In this document: positions 30,878-41,800 of the stretch, in pieces
Position numbering within the stretch: position 1 is the first letter of the stretch
How the letters are laid out: every line of letters begins with the position of its first letter
Origin: an uncultured virus (IMG/VR IMGVR_UViG_3300020385_000006)
Taxonomy: Duplodnaviria; Heunggongvirae; Uroviricota; Caudoviricetes
IMG/VR virus record: IMGVR_UViG_3300020385_000006
Coordinates: 62,001-126,000 of that record
DNA: 64,000 nt
Strand: one strand, 5' to 3'
Notes under the pieces: generated by a model
What the model saw: only the letters and a program-made list of their open reading frames with translations
What the model was told of the DNA's origin: nothing
Database searches by the model: none
Position numbers and translations under genes: made by a program

Positions 30878-30886
30878 AATAAATAT
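30878..30886 (-). promoter_or_regulatory. Late-type motif ATATTTATT
   Basis: 24 nt upstream of start 30853. Confidence 0.55.
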
Positions 30887-30895
30887 GCAATAATA

Positions 30896-31537
30896 TCAAT
30901 AACCCAGGTAAAAATCGCCAGAGGCACTATAAAACATTCCTCCTTCCTGGGCCGTAGGTGTTGTAGAAAATGCTCCTAATACTGTAACTCCTTCTAGATT
31001 GATAACAAATTTTGCATCATCCGATCCATGTGATTTTACCAGAAATAAATCTCCAGGAGTACCATTACCAGTTATGATATTTTTTGATGATGATATTACT
31101 GGAGCAAATAACGATTGATTAACATATAAATCATTTGTAGTATCAACTAAAAATGAGTCTTGTCCTATTATTACCGGACCAGGTGTTTTTATCGATCCAG
31201 AATGTAATGTCAATGATCCAGATATTACCGATGGTCCATGCATTAAAACAGAACCAGTAATTGTCAATGATCCAGATATTACAGCAGAACCGGAAAATGG
31301 AAATACGGCGCCTGAGCCTTCTGCAAATGCTAATGCTATCCATGTTGAATCTGAAGTTTCGCTGCCAGGATTGGTACATGCATAATATCTGTTTTCATCT
31401 GATTGGTAAACTAGTAATCCTTCATACAAGTTAAACCATGGTATTGCAAGACGTTCAGTGTTGTTTGCTACAACCGATCGTGAATCTAAAGGTTCTTGTG
31501 TATTTGGATTAAATCCTACTCCAATATTCACTGCCAT
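30896..31537 (-). CDS. Short fibre-like virion protein (213 aa)
   Basis: PLDSRSVVA...LYEGLLVY anchor-like N-terminus; FPFSGSAVISGSL repeats. Confidence 0.65.
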   Translation of the reverse strand: MAVNIGVGFNPNTQEPLDSRSVVANNTERLAIPWFNLYEGLLVYQSDENRYYACTNPGSETSDSTWIALAFAEGSGAVFPFSGSAVISGSLTITGSVLMHGPSVISGSLTLHSGSIKTPGPVIIGQDSFLVDTTNDLYVNQSLFAPVISSSKNIITGNGTPGDLFLVKSHGSDDAKFVINLEGVTVLGAFSTTPTAQEGGMFYSASGDFYLGY

Positions 31538-31539
31538 GA

Positions 31540-34500
31540 TTAAAACTCCAATTTATATCTTAATGGTATATTTTTCGGTGTCACAGATCTCCATACTTTA
31601 TATTTAGGTTGACCTGTTACCGGATCAGTACCTACCGTAGTTACATCAAATCCAGAAATTTCTTCAAATGTAGAATCCACATTTTTAATTGATACCACAT
31701 TTCCTAACTCTGCATCGTATATTATATATAAATATTCGCCAGTTGCTGCTGGGTTGAATGCAATTGTTTTGGATTCTATTTCTGAAATTTCGTTTACTCC
31801 GGATTCAATGACACCAGTTGTCCAGTTATCTAATTCTAAAATCTCTTCGTACGAATATGATGACACCATAGTTGATATATATCTTAAACTCCTTACACGT
31901 TGCCATGTCACTGAAACTGATCCAGTATGTGTTAAATATTCGCTATTACGTGTACCAGAATTCCAAAATTGTTGTATTAGTCCGGTAGTTACATCGCCAG
32001 TTTGATTAACTGTAACAGAGTCAGAAAAATTATTAAAATGTGGTGTACTACTTAACCAGCCTTCTCCGGCAGCATCAGTTCCTGGTGTTGTTACCCATGA
32101 AATAGTTCCTTCTTCGCCTTCTTCTATTTCTAGTTGATCTGCATCATATGCATTATGTTCTAGAACATATGTTAATTGTGTCACGGTTGGATTGGTAGGA
32201 TCTAGTTTATTTAATTCTAATGGCAATACTGATTCCATATCTCCAAAATTTCCAAACTGATCCACATATCTGATTTTAGCTTTAAATGTATGACTGCCGG
32301 ATTGATAAGATGGATATGTATCATTAATTGTTATATTTTCTCCATCGGTAAATGATGCCACGCCTACATACACGCCTCCATTTGTAGATGCAGATATATG
32401 ACCAAATATAAAGGTATTATCATATAAATTATATGATGATTTTAATTGATAATCGTCAATAACATTTGTAAATCTATCTGTATCAAAAGTTTCATCTACG
32501 AATCGATAGAAATATGGATCAACATTAGACCCAAATGTCAATGTTAATATTCCTCCATCAGTTGTAACAGATACATCGTTACTATAATCGTTAATAACTA
32601 ATTGAGTTAAATCGATTAGAGGTGCCGTAGATCCTGTTTGATATTGTACTGAAGTGGATGAACCACCTTCTGTATTTATTGAATTAGGATAACTACCAGT
32701 ATAAAAGAATTTTTTCTGTACTGTATCGTATACTACGACTTTATTTCCAGGTTCATTAGAATGAGGTACATTATTAAATGCTCCGGAAATTTCCGCGGCG
32801 ATTTGGGCAGAACCAGATATCAATGTATTGTTTAATTCTGTTTCTGCAATTGTTAATCTAGCTGATAATGATTCGCTTACGTTGCTAAATGATCCAGATA
32901 TATCCGCGGCAATTTGAGCAGAACTAGATATCAATGCATTGCCTAATTCTGTTTCTATTACATTTAATCTTGATGAAAATGAACCACTATCTGTTTCTAA
33001 TGAGGTTACTCTTGTACTAAATGAAGAACTTGGAGCAACAAATGCTCCAGTAATTTCTGTGGCAATTTGTGCAGATCCGGATATCAATGTTTTGGAAGTA
33101 CTACCGGCTTCCACAGATGACAGTCTAGAGGATAATGACTCACTTACATTGCTAAATGCTCCAGAAATTTCTGAAGCTATTTGCATTGAACCAGATATCA
33201 ATGTATTACCTAATTCTGATTCTATTACATTTAATCTGGATTGCACTGATGAACTTACATCACTAAATGCTCCAGATATTGCGGTAGCGATTTGAGCAGA
33301 ACCGGATATCAATGTATTGTTTAATTCTGATTCTATTGTATTTAAACGACTTTGTAAAGAAGAGCTAGTTTCTGTAAATGCTCCGGATACTGCAGATGCA
33401 ATTTGAGCTGAACCAGATATCAATGTATTGTTTAATTCTGATTCTATTGTAGTTAATCGAGTTTGTATAGATGCACTAGTATCTGTAAATGCACCTGATA
33501 TTTCTGTTGCAATTTGAGCAGAACTGCTCAATGCTCCTTCAAATATTCCGGTAAATGCCGGTGCTGTAATAGTTCCTTTAGATACAATTATACTACCAGT
33601 TGTTAATATAGATCCGGTAAATTGATGAGTAGCTTCTGATGGTATTGAACCTGAACCAAATACAGTTGAGCCAGAACGAACTGTTATCTGGTCTTCAAAT
33701 AATTCTACACCGTTAAATACAAGAGATCCAAATAATCGAGTATCATTATTTATTAAAAGCTGTGATGCTGTTACGCGCGATGATGATATATTTGCAAACG
33801 TTACAGAGGAATCTGTGTTTACGTTCTGATTAATTTGTGATTCTAATGTATTAAATCTAGATTCTATAGACGAACTTACGTTATTAAATGCCCCAGATAT
33901 TTCAGATTTAATTTCACCAGAACTTGATATATAATTTAATTCAATTGTAGATAATCGAGTTTGTATAGAAGCGCTAGATTTAAAAAATGCTCCGGATATT
34001 TCTGTGGCAATTTGTGCAGAGCTAGATATAACTCCTTGACCTTGAAATGCACCAGAAATTGCAGCAGCAAGTTGTGCAGAGCCAGATATCAATGTTTTGG
34101 AAGTACTGCCTGCTTCTACTAATGTTAATCGTGATGATAATGATTCGCTAGCGTTATTAAATGCTCCAGATATTTCAGATTCAATTTCGCTAGAACTTGA
34201 TATATAATTTAATTCTATTACATTTAATCTGGATTGTATAGATTCACTGGCGTTGTTAAATGCGCCTGATATCGCTGTAGCTATTTGTACAGATCCGGAT
34301 ATCAATGTATTGCCTAATTCTGATTCTATTACATTTAATCTGGATTGTATAGATTCGCTGGCGTTATTAAACGCACCGGAAATTTCTGTAGCAATCTGCA
34401 CAGAACCGGATATCAATGGTTTGGAAGTGCTACCTGCTTCTACTAATGTTAATCGCGATGATAATGATTCACTTACCGGTTGGAATGCACCAGATATTTC

Positions 34501-35208
34501 TGAAGCTATTTGAGCAGAACCAGATATCAATGTTTTGGAAGTGCTACCAGCTTCAACAGCTTCTAAACGAACGCTTATTGATGATGCAGAATCTTGATTT
34601 TTTAATATCCTAGATAAATTAGATCGTATTAAATTATCATTAGTACTAGACGAATATTCTAATTCAACAATTGATGGATGAACCAAAATTGAGCTGGATA
34701 TATCTGTGGCAATTTGAGCAGAACTACTTAAAGCTCCTTCAAAAATTCCTTTAAATGATGTAGCCTTTACAGATCCAGAAACATCCAATTTATGATTTGC
34801 CTGCGATGTTCCTATTCCTACATTACCAGTATTATAAAATATATCAGCGCCATCTGCACTCCATGCTGTCAATGACCGAGCTGCTCTATTTGTGGCAGAG
34901 CTAACAACTGTATCATTTATAACAATATTATCAGTTATTTCAATAATGTTTGGTTGAGAAATTTCTTGAGTAACTATCTGATTGTTTTCAGGGGATGAAA
35001 TTTCTACGGTAACATTTGCATCTTCCGATAATGCGATATTATTTGTAGTGACAACTGTTTGGATGTTAGTATCATCTGATTCTTGGCTAGAATCAGTAAC
35101 AGTTATAGATCCTTGAGTGCTTAAATCTACTACTTCAATTATGTAGACATCAACATCTTGTATATCAACTGAAAATTTTTCTTCTTTAACATCTATGTTA
35201 ATTGCCAT
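31540..35208 (-). CDS. Repeat-rich coiled-coil fibre protein (1222 aa)
   Basis: Many imperfect repeats of IS(G/S)SAQIA(T/S)EISGAF...SRLxxxE. Confidence 0.75.
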   Translation of the reverse strand: MAINIDVKEEKFSVDIQDVDVYIIEVVDLSTQGSITVTDSSQESDDTNIQTVVTTNNIALSEDANVTVEISSPENNQIVTQEISQPNIIEITDNIVINDTVVSSATNRAARSLTAWSADGADIFYNTGNVGIGTSQANHKLDVSGSVKATSFKGIFEGALSSSAQIATDISSSILVHPSIVELEYSSSTNDNLIRSNLSRILKNQDSASSISVRLEAVEAGSTSKTLISGSAQIASEISGAFQPVSESLSSRLTLVEAGSTSKPLISGSVQIATEISGAFNNASESIQSRLNVIESELGNTLISGSVQIATAISGAFNNASESIQSRLNVIELNYISSSSEIESEISGAFNNASESLSSRLTLVEAGSTSKTLISGSAQLAAAISGAFQGQGVISSSAQIATEISGAFFKSSASIQTRLSTIELNYISSSGEIKSEISGAFNNVSSSIESRFNTLESQINQNVNTDSSVTFANISSSRVTASQLLINNDTRLFGSLVFNGVELFEDQITVRSGSTVFGSGSIPSEATHQFTGSILTTGSIIVSKGTITAPAFTGIFEGALSSSAQIATEISGAFTDTSASIQTRLTTIESELNNTLISGSAQIASAVSGAFTETSSSLQSRLNTIESELNNTLISGSAQIATAISGAFSDVSSSVQSRLNVIESELGNTLISGSMQIASEISGAFSNVSESLSSRLSSVEAGSTSKTLISGSAQIATEITGAFVAPSSSFSTRVTSLETDSGSFSSRLNVIETELGNALISSSAQIAADISGSFSNVSESLSARLTIAETELNNTLISGSAQIAAEISGAFNNVPHSNEPGNKVVVYDTVQKKFFYTGSYPNSINTEGGSSTSVQYQTGSTAPLIDLTQLVINDYSNDVSVTTDGGILTLTFGSNVDPYFYRFVDETFDTDRFTNVIDDYQLKSSYNLYDNTFIFGHISASTNGGVYVGVASFTDGENITINDTYPSYQSGSHTFKAKIRYVDQFGNFGDMESVLPLELNKLDPTNPTVTQLTYVLEHNAYDADQLEIEEGEEGTISWVTTPGTDAAGEGWLSSTPHFNNFSDSVTVNQTGDVTTGLIQQFWNSGTRNSEYLTHTGSVSVTWQRVRSLRYISTMVSSYSYEEILELDNWTTGVIESGVNEISEIESKTIAFNPAATGEYLYIIYDAELGNVVSIKNVDSTFEEISGFDVTTVGTDPVTGQPKYKVWRSVTPKNIPLRYKLEF
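32770..34740 (-). repeat. Intragenic tandem repeat array encoding ISGSAQIAxEISGAF units
   Basis: Recurrent DNA words such as gatatcaatgtatt, aaatgctccaga and aatttgagcagaac; interrupted by a non-repeat module near 33540-33830. Confidence 0.85.
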
Positions 35209-35213
35209 ACCAT

Positions 35214-35591
35214 CTAATCTCTAGTCACTTCTTTTGATAATTTAATACGTCCTTGTAATAATCTTGTCACAGTATTTGTAGCTGAATGCTCTAATTCCAA
35301 ATCATATACCGCGGTATCAAAAGAGTATAATGATGTTGATGTGGCTGGAATAAGCAATTCTATTGTACCACTGATAGCTGATCCAGAAGTTTCAATTACT
35401 GATAAAAAATTATTAGTTTCGGTATCAAAATCGCCAATTTTAGTCGTAGAATCAATGGTATTACGTATTTGCATACGCACGTTGTATCCAGAACCTATAT
35501 CCACCGGTGTACCAGCGGCATTTTTATAAGTGAATTGTTTTTTAACTGTAACACCTTGTTCTATAGTAAAGTTGTATTGACCTGCTGCCAT
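35214..35591 (-). CDS. Small beta-sandwich virion/fibre attachment-like protein (125 aa)
   Basis: YNFTIEQG...RMQIR...AVYDLELE...RLLQGRIKLSKEVT. Confidence 0.65.
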   Translation of the reverse strand: MAAGQYNFTIEQGVTVKKQFTYKNAAGTPVDIGSGYNVRMQIRNTIDSTTKIGDFDTETNNFLSVIETSGSAISGTIELLIPATSTSLYSFDTAVYDLELEHSATNTVTRLLQGRIKLSKEVTRD

Positions 35592-35609
35592 AATATTTCC
35601 TTTATTTTA

Positions 35610-35618
35610 TATAAATAT
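35610..35618 (-). promoter_or_regulatory. Late-type motif ATATTTATA
   Basis: 18 nt upstream of start 35591. Confidence 0.65.
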
Positions 35619-35654
35619 TGGAACAATATGATACAATGAGATTTTAGTTGTGGA

Positions 35655-36458
35655 TTATCCTAATGTTAAAGTTGCGCCTTGAATAAAGACATTAGTAGCA
35701 CCTGGTGCTATAAGTATACCATATGATTCTCCTACTGTACAATCCCATCTAGTTGGTTGTAGATTAGTATTAGAATTACCTGCAGTCGACAATAATGCTG
35801 TAAAAGTACCAGGTGTAAGTCTAAAAGGCGTAACTGATCTTGCGATATTTGCACTTGTGTGCACAGCTACATGAGTAACTCGCTTTCCTTGAATGCCTGG
35901 CCATACTGCAGTTAATGCACCTCTATCATTAGTTGTTAATGCGCCTCGAACGCTATATGTTACATCATATCCATCTTTTTTAAAATCGGTAAATGGTATA
36001 AATACTTTTTCTGTACCTCTATCATCGTACACACCTACTGATGAAAATTTTGCAGTATTAGCAGTAATTGCAGATGCTTGAGTGGATGATATTGTTGTTG
36101 TATTACCTGCTAATGCTCTACCACTTGTAGTACCAAATCCTGGAAATGTGGTTTTTGCTGTATTAGCTGTGATTGCAGAAGCTTGGGAATTAGATATAGT
36201 TGTTGTGTTACCTCTCATTGCAGTTGTATTGGTAGTTCCAAAACCTGGAAAATTTTCTGCATCTGCTTCTAAATAACGATGTAGTTCTTTTATCTCATCA
36301 TTTAATTTTTGTAATTTATATAACATGGCACGTTCAGCAGGAAACACTTCCAGTTCTATATGTTTACCTTCATTGAAGGAAGCTGACATTGCCGCCAATT
36401 TTGCTCCATCTGTTATTCTATGTCTATCTAAATTATCGTCTCTATTACCTTTTGCCAT
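35655..36458 (-). CDS. Fibre-like protein with duplicated FPGFGTT...TTISxxQASAITANTAK unit
   Basis: Internal repeat visible in protein and DNA (~36045-36255). Confidence 0.65.
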   Translation of the reverse strand: MAKGNRDDNLDRHRITDGAKLAAMSASFNEGKHIELEVFPAERAMLYKLQKLNDEIKELHRYLEADAENFPGFGTTNTTAMRGNTTTISNSQASAITANTAKTTFPGFGTTSGRALAGNTTTISSTQASAITANTAKFSSVGVYDDRGTEKVFIPFTDFKKDGYDVTYSVRGALTTNDRGALTAVWPGIQGKRVTHVAVHTSANIARSVTPFRLTPGTFTALLSTAGNSNTNLQPTRWDCTVGESYGILIAPGATNVFIQGATLTLG

Positions 36459-36466
36459 AATTTTAC

Positions 36467-38023
36467 CTATACTGCTTCTATTGTTACATACCCGCCATAA
36501 ACTTCTTCACCAGAAGCTTGGGCTAATTCTAATAATAAATAATTTGTTGTGCTACTAGTTACATCGGTAATATCCAATTCAGTTCCTATATTTCCAGTAC
36601 CTTTACTAGTTACTGTTTTGCTATTGATATTCATTTCAGATACTTCTAATGCCGATGTACCACTTCCGTAAATATGTACATGTGTTGCTTTAAATCCTGT
36701 TGGTATTGGTATAGAAGCAAATAATTTAGCTGTACCATGAGATTCTAACCACCTGTCACTACCGGAATCATCAATCATTGCTGGTCTACCAATATCATCT
36801 GGTATAAAATCACTTACCAAGATTTTAATTCTTGTAATCGATCCATGCCATCCTGCTAAAATAGTACCAGTGGCACTTATGGTTTGCCCCGCATGTAAAG
36901 CTCCATTTGTTGATAAAGTAGTACCACTACTATGTTGTAAATAAGCGCCTGATGATGCATCTAAATAGAGTCTATCAGCTGTTAAATACCCACTTGCACT
37001 TATATGACCTGATGCTGTAATAGCTGTTTGAACATTAAAAGATGTACCTGTAAATATACTATCTCTATTTGCTCTACCAAATGTTAATTTATTAGCATTT
37101 GTAATATCATAATCAACTACATCAGTATCAGCAACAGTAATAGCTTTTGCTACATTTAAATTTCCATACATATGAATATCAGCGTCATTTTCTACTCTTA
37201 AAGATGCTGAATTACCTGCCGCTAAGTATAATTGTCTATTGTTACCGCTAGCCGATCCTGTCATACCAATAATCATTGAATTTCCTTTGGTACCTGTTAA
37301 AGTATGACCTGATGGCCATTGGTCGTCATCTCCTGATATACCTATTTGTCCTGATATACCACCGTTATCTTGTTTTAAATGAATATAAGGATTTGCGGCT
37401 TCGTTATCATTTCCTGAATCTGCTTCTAGAGTTAATACTGCATCACCATCTGATCCAGATTTAATTATTGTGACATTGCCACCAAATACATGATTAAGAC
37501 CACTTGCACTTATATTACCAGAGGCTGTTATATGAGAAGTTACTTTTAAATTACCTTCAACTTTCACATTGTTCACACTTTGATCAGATACAGTTAATAT
37601 ATCTGTATCATCTGGAGCAATAATAATGGTATTACTGGTTTGATAAATTCTATCATCATTAGCTCCAAAATGAATCGTTGGATCGCCACCGGCACCATGT
37701 AGGTTTAAATGTGCACCAAAAATATTATTACTTGCACTTATAAGGCCTGTAACTCTCATATCTCCTGTAAACTGGTGTGTATCATCTGATGAATCACCAA
37801 ATGCGGTTGAACCTGAAAGTGTTTGAGTTGTTATATTGCTAACTGATGAACAAACAATATAATTTTCTGCTGTTATACTATCAACTCGAAAATCACTTGA
37901 AACTGCAGATCCAGAACCATAATAAAATTTTCCAGTATCCAAATTAATCGCTAATTCACCATCTGCTAAACTGCTTGGAACTGCGGAACCGGTTCCTCTT
38001 CTTATTTGTATTGTTTGTGCCAT
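36467..38023 (-). CDS. Tail fibre-like protein with Mtd-N-like anchor (518 aa)
   Basis: MAQTIQIRRGT...LADGELAINLDTGKFYYG; ITASGNISASG repeats. Confidence 0.7.
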   Translation of the reverse strand: MAQTIQIRRGTGSAVPSSLADGELAINLDTGKFYYGSGSAVSSDFRVDSITAENYIVCSSVSNITTQTLSGSTAFGDSSDDTHQFTGDMRVTGLISASNNIFGAHLNLHGAGGDPTIHFGANDDRIYQTSNTIIIAPDDTDILTVSDQSVNNVKVEGNLKVTSHITASGNISASGLNHVFGGNVTIIKSGSDGDAVLTLEADSGNDNEAANPYIHLKQDNGGISGQIGISGDDDQWPSGHTLTGTKGNSMIIGMTGSASGNNRQLYLAAGNSASLRVENDADIHMYGNLNVAKAITVADTDVVDYDITNANKLTFGRANRDSIFTGTSFNVQTAITASGHISASGYLTADRLYLDASSGAYLQHSSGTTLSTNGALHAGQTISATGTILAGWHGSITRIKILVSDFIPDDIGRPAMIDDSGSDRWLESHGTAKLFASIPIPTGFKATHVHIYGSGTSALEVSEMNINSKTVTSKGTGNIGTELDITDVTSSTTNYLLLELAQASGEEVYGGYVTIEAV

Positions 38024-38039
38024 ATGTTATTCTATTTTA

Positions 38040-38048
38040 TATAAATAT
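38040..38048 (-). promoter_or_regulatory. Late-type motif ATATTTATA
   Basis: 16 nt upstream of start 38023. Confidence 0.65.
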
Positions 38049-38063
38049 TAATTAATTAAATAT

Positions 38064-38864
38064 TTAAATGCTGAATGCCGAACTGTCGATAAAGTCGTCT
38101 GGTGGAAATCGAAAATTATAAATAGTTTCTGTCACTTTTATTTGATACCCCTGACCCGGAAAAAGGTTTCCAATACCATTAAAGGTATACTCTGGCCAAT
38201 ATACATCAGCAGTATTATTTTTCACAATCTGAATTTTATGTGTTATATCTTGTTCAATACCATTTACAGTCCCGTTAGCAAATGCATCTATCGCATTTTG
38301 GGGAGTTCTTCTGTTAAACCCAATTATATTCCAACCTTCTAAAATATTTATATATCCATGTTCATATAAACTAGTATGCCATAACAATTGCCGGTTTTCA
38401 ACTACCTGCTCATTAATTGCTAAATTTGCTCCAAATAATGGAATAGTAAATTCAATTGCTTCCCTCATCTTTATTTGATATCCTTGACCAGGAAGGAAAT
38501 CTCCAATTCCATTAAACCCAAATTCCGGCCAGTATACTTGTGCAGCATTGTTTTTAGTAATTTCTATATTATCTTCAATTTCTGCAAATGTAGCTTGTAT
38601 ATCCTGAGCATATGGTAATACTGATCCTATCATATTCCAACCTTTAAGAAAATTATATGTAACGTATTGTGCTGCGCCAGGAGATGTGGCATCAATTCCA
38701 ATAACCTCTTCTATTTCTTGCTCAGGAACTGGTTGAAATGTTGATTGTAATTCATCTGAGTCTGCCACATCTATTATACCAGCGATATCACGCGTGTAAA
38801 CAGTGTCAAGTCGATGTTCGGGTGCTAATGTCGATGCAGATCCAGAAATTTGTGATATACTCAT
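38064..38864 (-). CDS. Protein with tandem-duplicated GWNxIG...YWPExxFNGIG...PGQGYQIK domain
   Basis: Two clear copies in the translation. Confidence 0.75.
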   Translation of the reverse strand: MSISQISGSASTLAPEHRLDTVYTRDIAGIIDVADSDELQSTFQPVPEQEIEEVIGIDATSPGAAQYVTYNFLKGWNMIGSVLPYAQDIQATFAEIEDNIEITKNNAAQVYWPEFGFNGIGDFLPGQGYQIKMREAIEFTIPLFGANLAINEQVVENRQLLWHTSLYEHGYINILEGWNIIGFNRRTPQNAIDAFANGTVNGIEQDITHKIQIVKNNTADVYWPEYTFNGIGNLFPGQGYQIKVTETIYNFRFPPDDFIDSSAFSI

Positions 38865-41800
38865 TAGAATGTGCCTCCATCAATTACAGTTGTAGTTGTT
38901 ACAAATGATGCAGTTTGAGAATTTTGTATGTAACTGCTTAAATCTTGATCTCCGGTATTAGTTCCACTTAAATTAGAACCTATAATAGTACCACTCGCAC
39001 TTACGTTATTTGAAGCTGTTACATTTCCAAATAATACATTACTACTTGTAACTGCTAAATGTACTAAACTTTGGTCACCTGTATTTGTACCTGATAAATT
39101 AGATGCTATAATAGTTCCGCTTGAACTTATATCACCTGAAGCCGTTATTGCCGTTGTTGTCAATCCTTGAGCACTAGAAGCTATAACAGTTGGGGCAGAT
39201 ATTTGGTTACTTCGTACAGAACTTCGATTTGTACCAGTTCCGACATTTAATTGACTACCTTCACTTAAAAATATTGAAGATGCTGTTATATCCGCAGATG
39301 CACTAATATTACCAGATTTACCAATTTTAAATTCTGTTATTCCAGCGCTATTTTTTACTGTAAATAAATCTGGATCTTTATAAGCACGAGAACCAGACCA
39401 TGTACCTCCTTCCCATGGATCTGACAATCTCAAATGATTGTTATCTACTATGGAGGCAATTACGTATGTTCTGAAAAAACTAGCTGATTGTATACGTATT
39501 GCATCGCCTTCATTAAATTCAGTTAAAAATGTAGCAGTAGCACTACCGGTAATTCCATTAGATCCGTTAGATGCCGATATTATTCCAATTGGTATATTAG
39601 CACCATCAGATCCTACGATTACACTACCTGACATTATAATTGAATTAGCTGTTAAACTAATTGATCCGGAGGTCGGATGTAATACACGGATATCAGCTTT
39701 TGCATCTGCCACGTTATAAATTCTATAAGCATCTACGTATATCTCACTTACACCAGCAGGTGTATAATATCCAAACATGCGACCAGAAAATTCATCTACT
39801 CCACGCGATCCATCTTGTTTATAATTTGTAAAGTATATAGGAGTCAATGATGGTAATTGCAATGAACTGCTAGCATATACATCTATTCCATTAATGGTTG
39901 ATCCGAGTAATGTGGATGAACTTATAATAGAAGATGTTATTTGAGTACTTTCAATAAATTCGGTATTCATATGACTTGCAGACATCCTACTTGCCGTCAT
40001 CGATAAAGCTGATTGTATTGCAAAGTTATAACCTAAATTTAAATCATTGGTTAAGTCGGCTCCTTGAAATGTAGTGAATCCAGAAGCAATCACGGATCCA
40101 GAAAACATTCCTAAACGAGCTGCTGATGCTGATACCGCTTTATCAAAAATTGATAAATCTTGTCCAAATGGTCCTGTATCTCCAGTTCCTGTTTGATTTA
40201 ATCCAATATTTATTTGTTTTCTATTGGTTGGTCCATAATATTTATTTTCATATAAATCTAAATGATGTAAATATTGTGCAGTATCAGACCGGTCATCTGC
40301 AAATAATGCACCACTCACTTCAAGTTTATAATACGCATATTTACTAGCAGTTGCTATACTAGCTGTTACATATGAAATATAATAACCTCGATCTCCGGTA
40401 TCGCGGTTCTGACCTATACTAGCTAATACTCCTTCATTGTCAGGCATATACGGTCCACCTAACTTATAAAAAGATGATGTAATTACACCATTAGCTGTAT
40501 TGGTTGCCATATTACTTGCAGATGCAATTGCATTAAATGTGACATTGTCATGACTAGCCCATAATGTGATTCCATCAATAAATGGTAAAGGATCATCTGA
40601 TGTAGGTGCAGATGCGGTTATATGACTATAATATAATCCAATTGTATCCAATCGTTTTGCTTCTGAAAAATGGAAACTATGAGTGGTACTTTGGGCATAT
40701 GATGGAACATCAAAATATCCAAAACTAGATAAATCTGCGTATCCATCAGGAGTATATGCAAATATATCACCTCCGTTAACCTGAGTACTCACTGCGCCGG
40801 CATCTGCATATTTAGTAGCAGTATTTACTTGGTCATATAATTGTAATGTTTTAATTTGAAATCGATCGTTAGGTGGTGGCCCTACATCTGAATCTGATTT
40901 AAATTTGATACGATAATATTTGTACTCATTACCTGAGTCAAATTCATGCACAGTAGTTTGATCTTGTGGCATATCAAATGATGTTATTGGTAACCAATTT
41001 TGAGCGTGGTCAGATGTAACCGTATTACTTGAATACATGTGAAAAGAATATGTGGCATCGTTTGATGCAGATATTTGCACTGATACTCCCATGGCTGCAT
41101 TTGCGGTTGGGCCATTATTCACTGCAATTTTATAAAGGTTACGTGCTAGGCTAGTCTCGCCGCTAGGAGAAGCCGGGAAGGGATCCGCAAAAAGTATGTC
41201 TAGACTTATCACATCTGTATCCGGATCAAATACTGCTGCAGTGGATGTATTAGCATCAAACATACTGCCAACTTCTCCAGTGTGTAGTTGGTCTGGCCCA
41301 TAGGTTGATATACCTGATGTTGTGGCAAATGATCGTAACACGATTTTAGTCTCTGTTGTATCGGATCCGCCTGTAATACCATCAATATCAACCGGCATGC
41401 CAGTTAAATCAATTTTAGTTTCAGACTTAACATAATTGGCGCCGTAGTACCGAACTGGGCCAGTAAACGATCCAGATACATCGTATAATGATGCAGATCC
41501 CAAACGTATCAAATAATCACGTTCTCCAATTGATGATGATACAATTAATAAATCATCCAATTGTACATATTCTAACACATCATTTGAATCGGTAGGCGTT
41601 AATGTGGTTTTTTCATAATATCCATATTCATTATCACGTTGAGATTTAGATCCAGATGATGAAAATAATGTGGTAATAATACCAGGTGATGAAGCTGCTC
41701 CTGAGGCTGAACTTCCATCTGTACTAGCCGCGGCTGCTCCAGTTGGTCCTACATATCTATATCCAACTAACCATAATGGTAGCTTTAATGCAGAACCATC

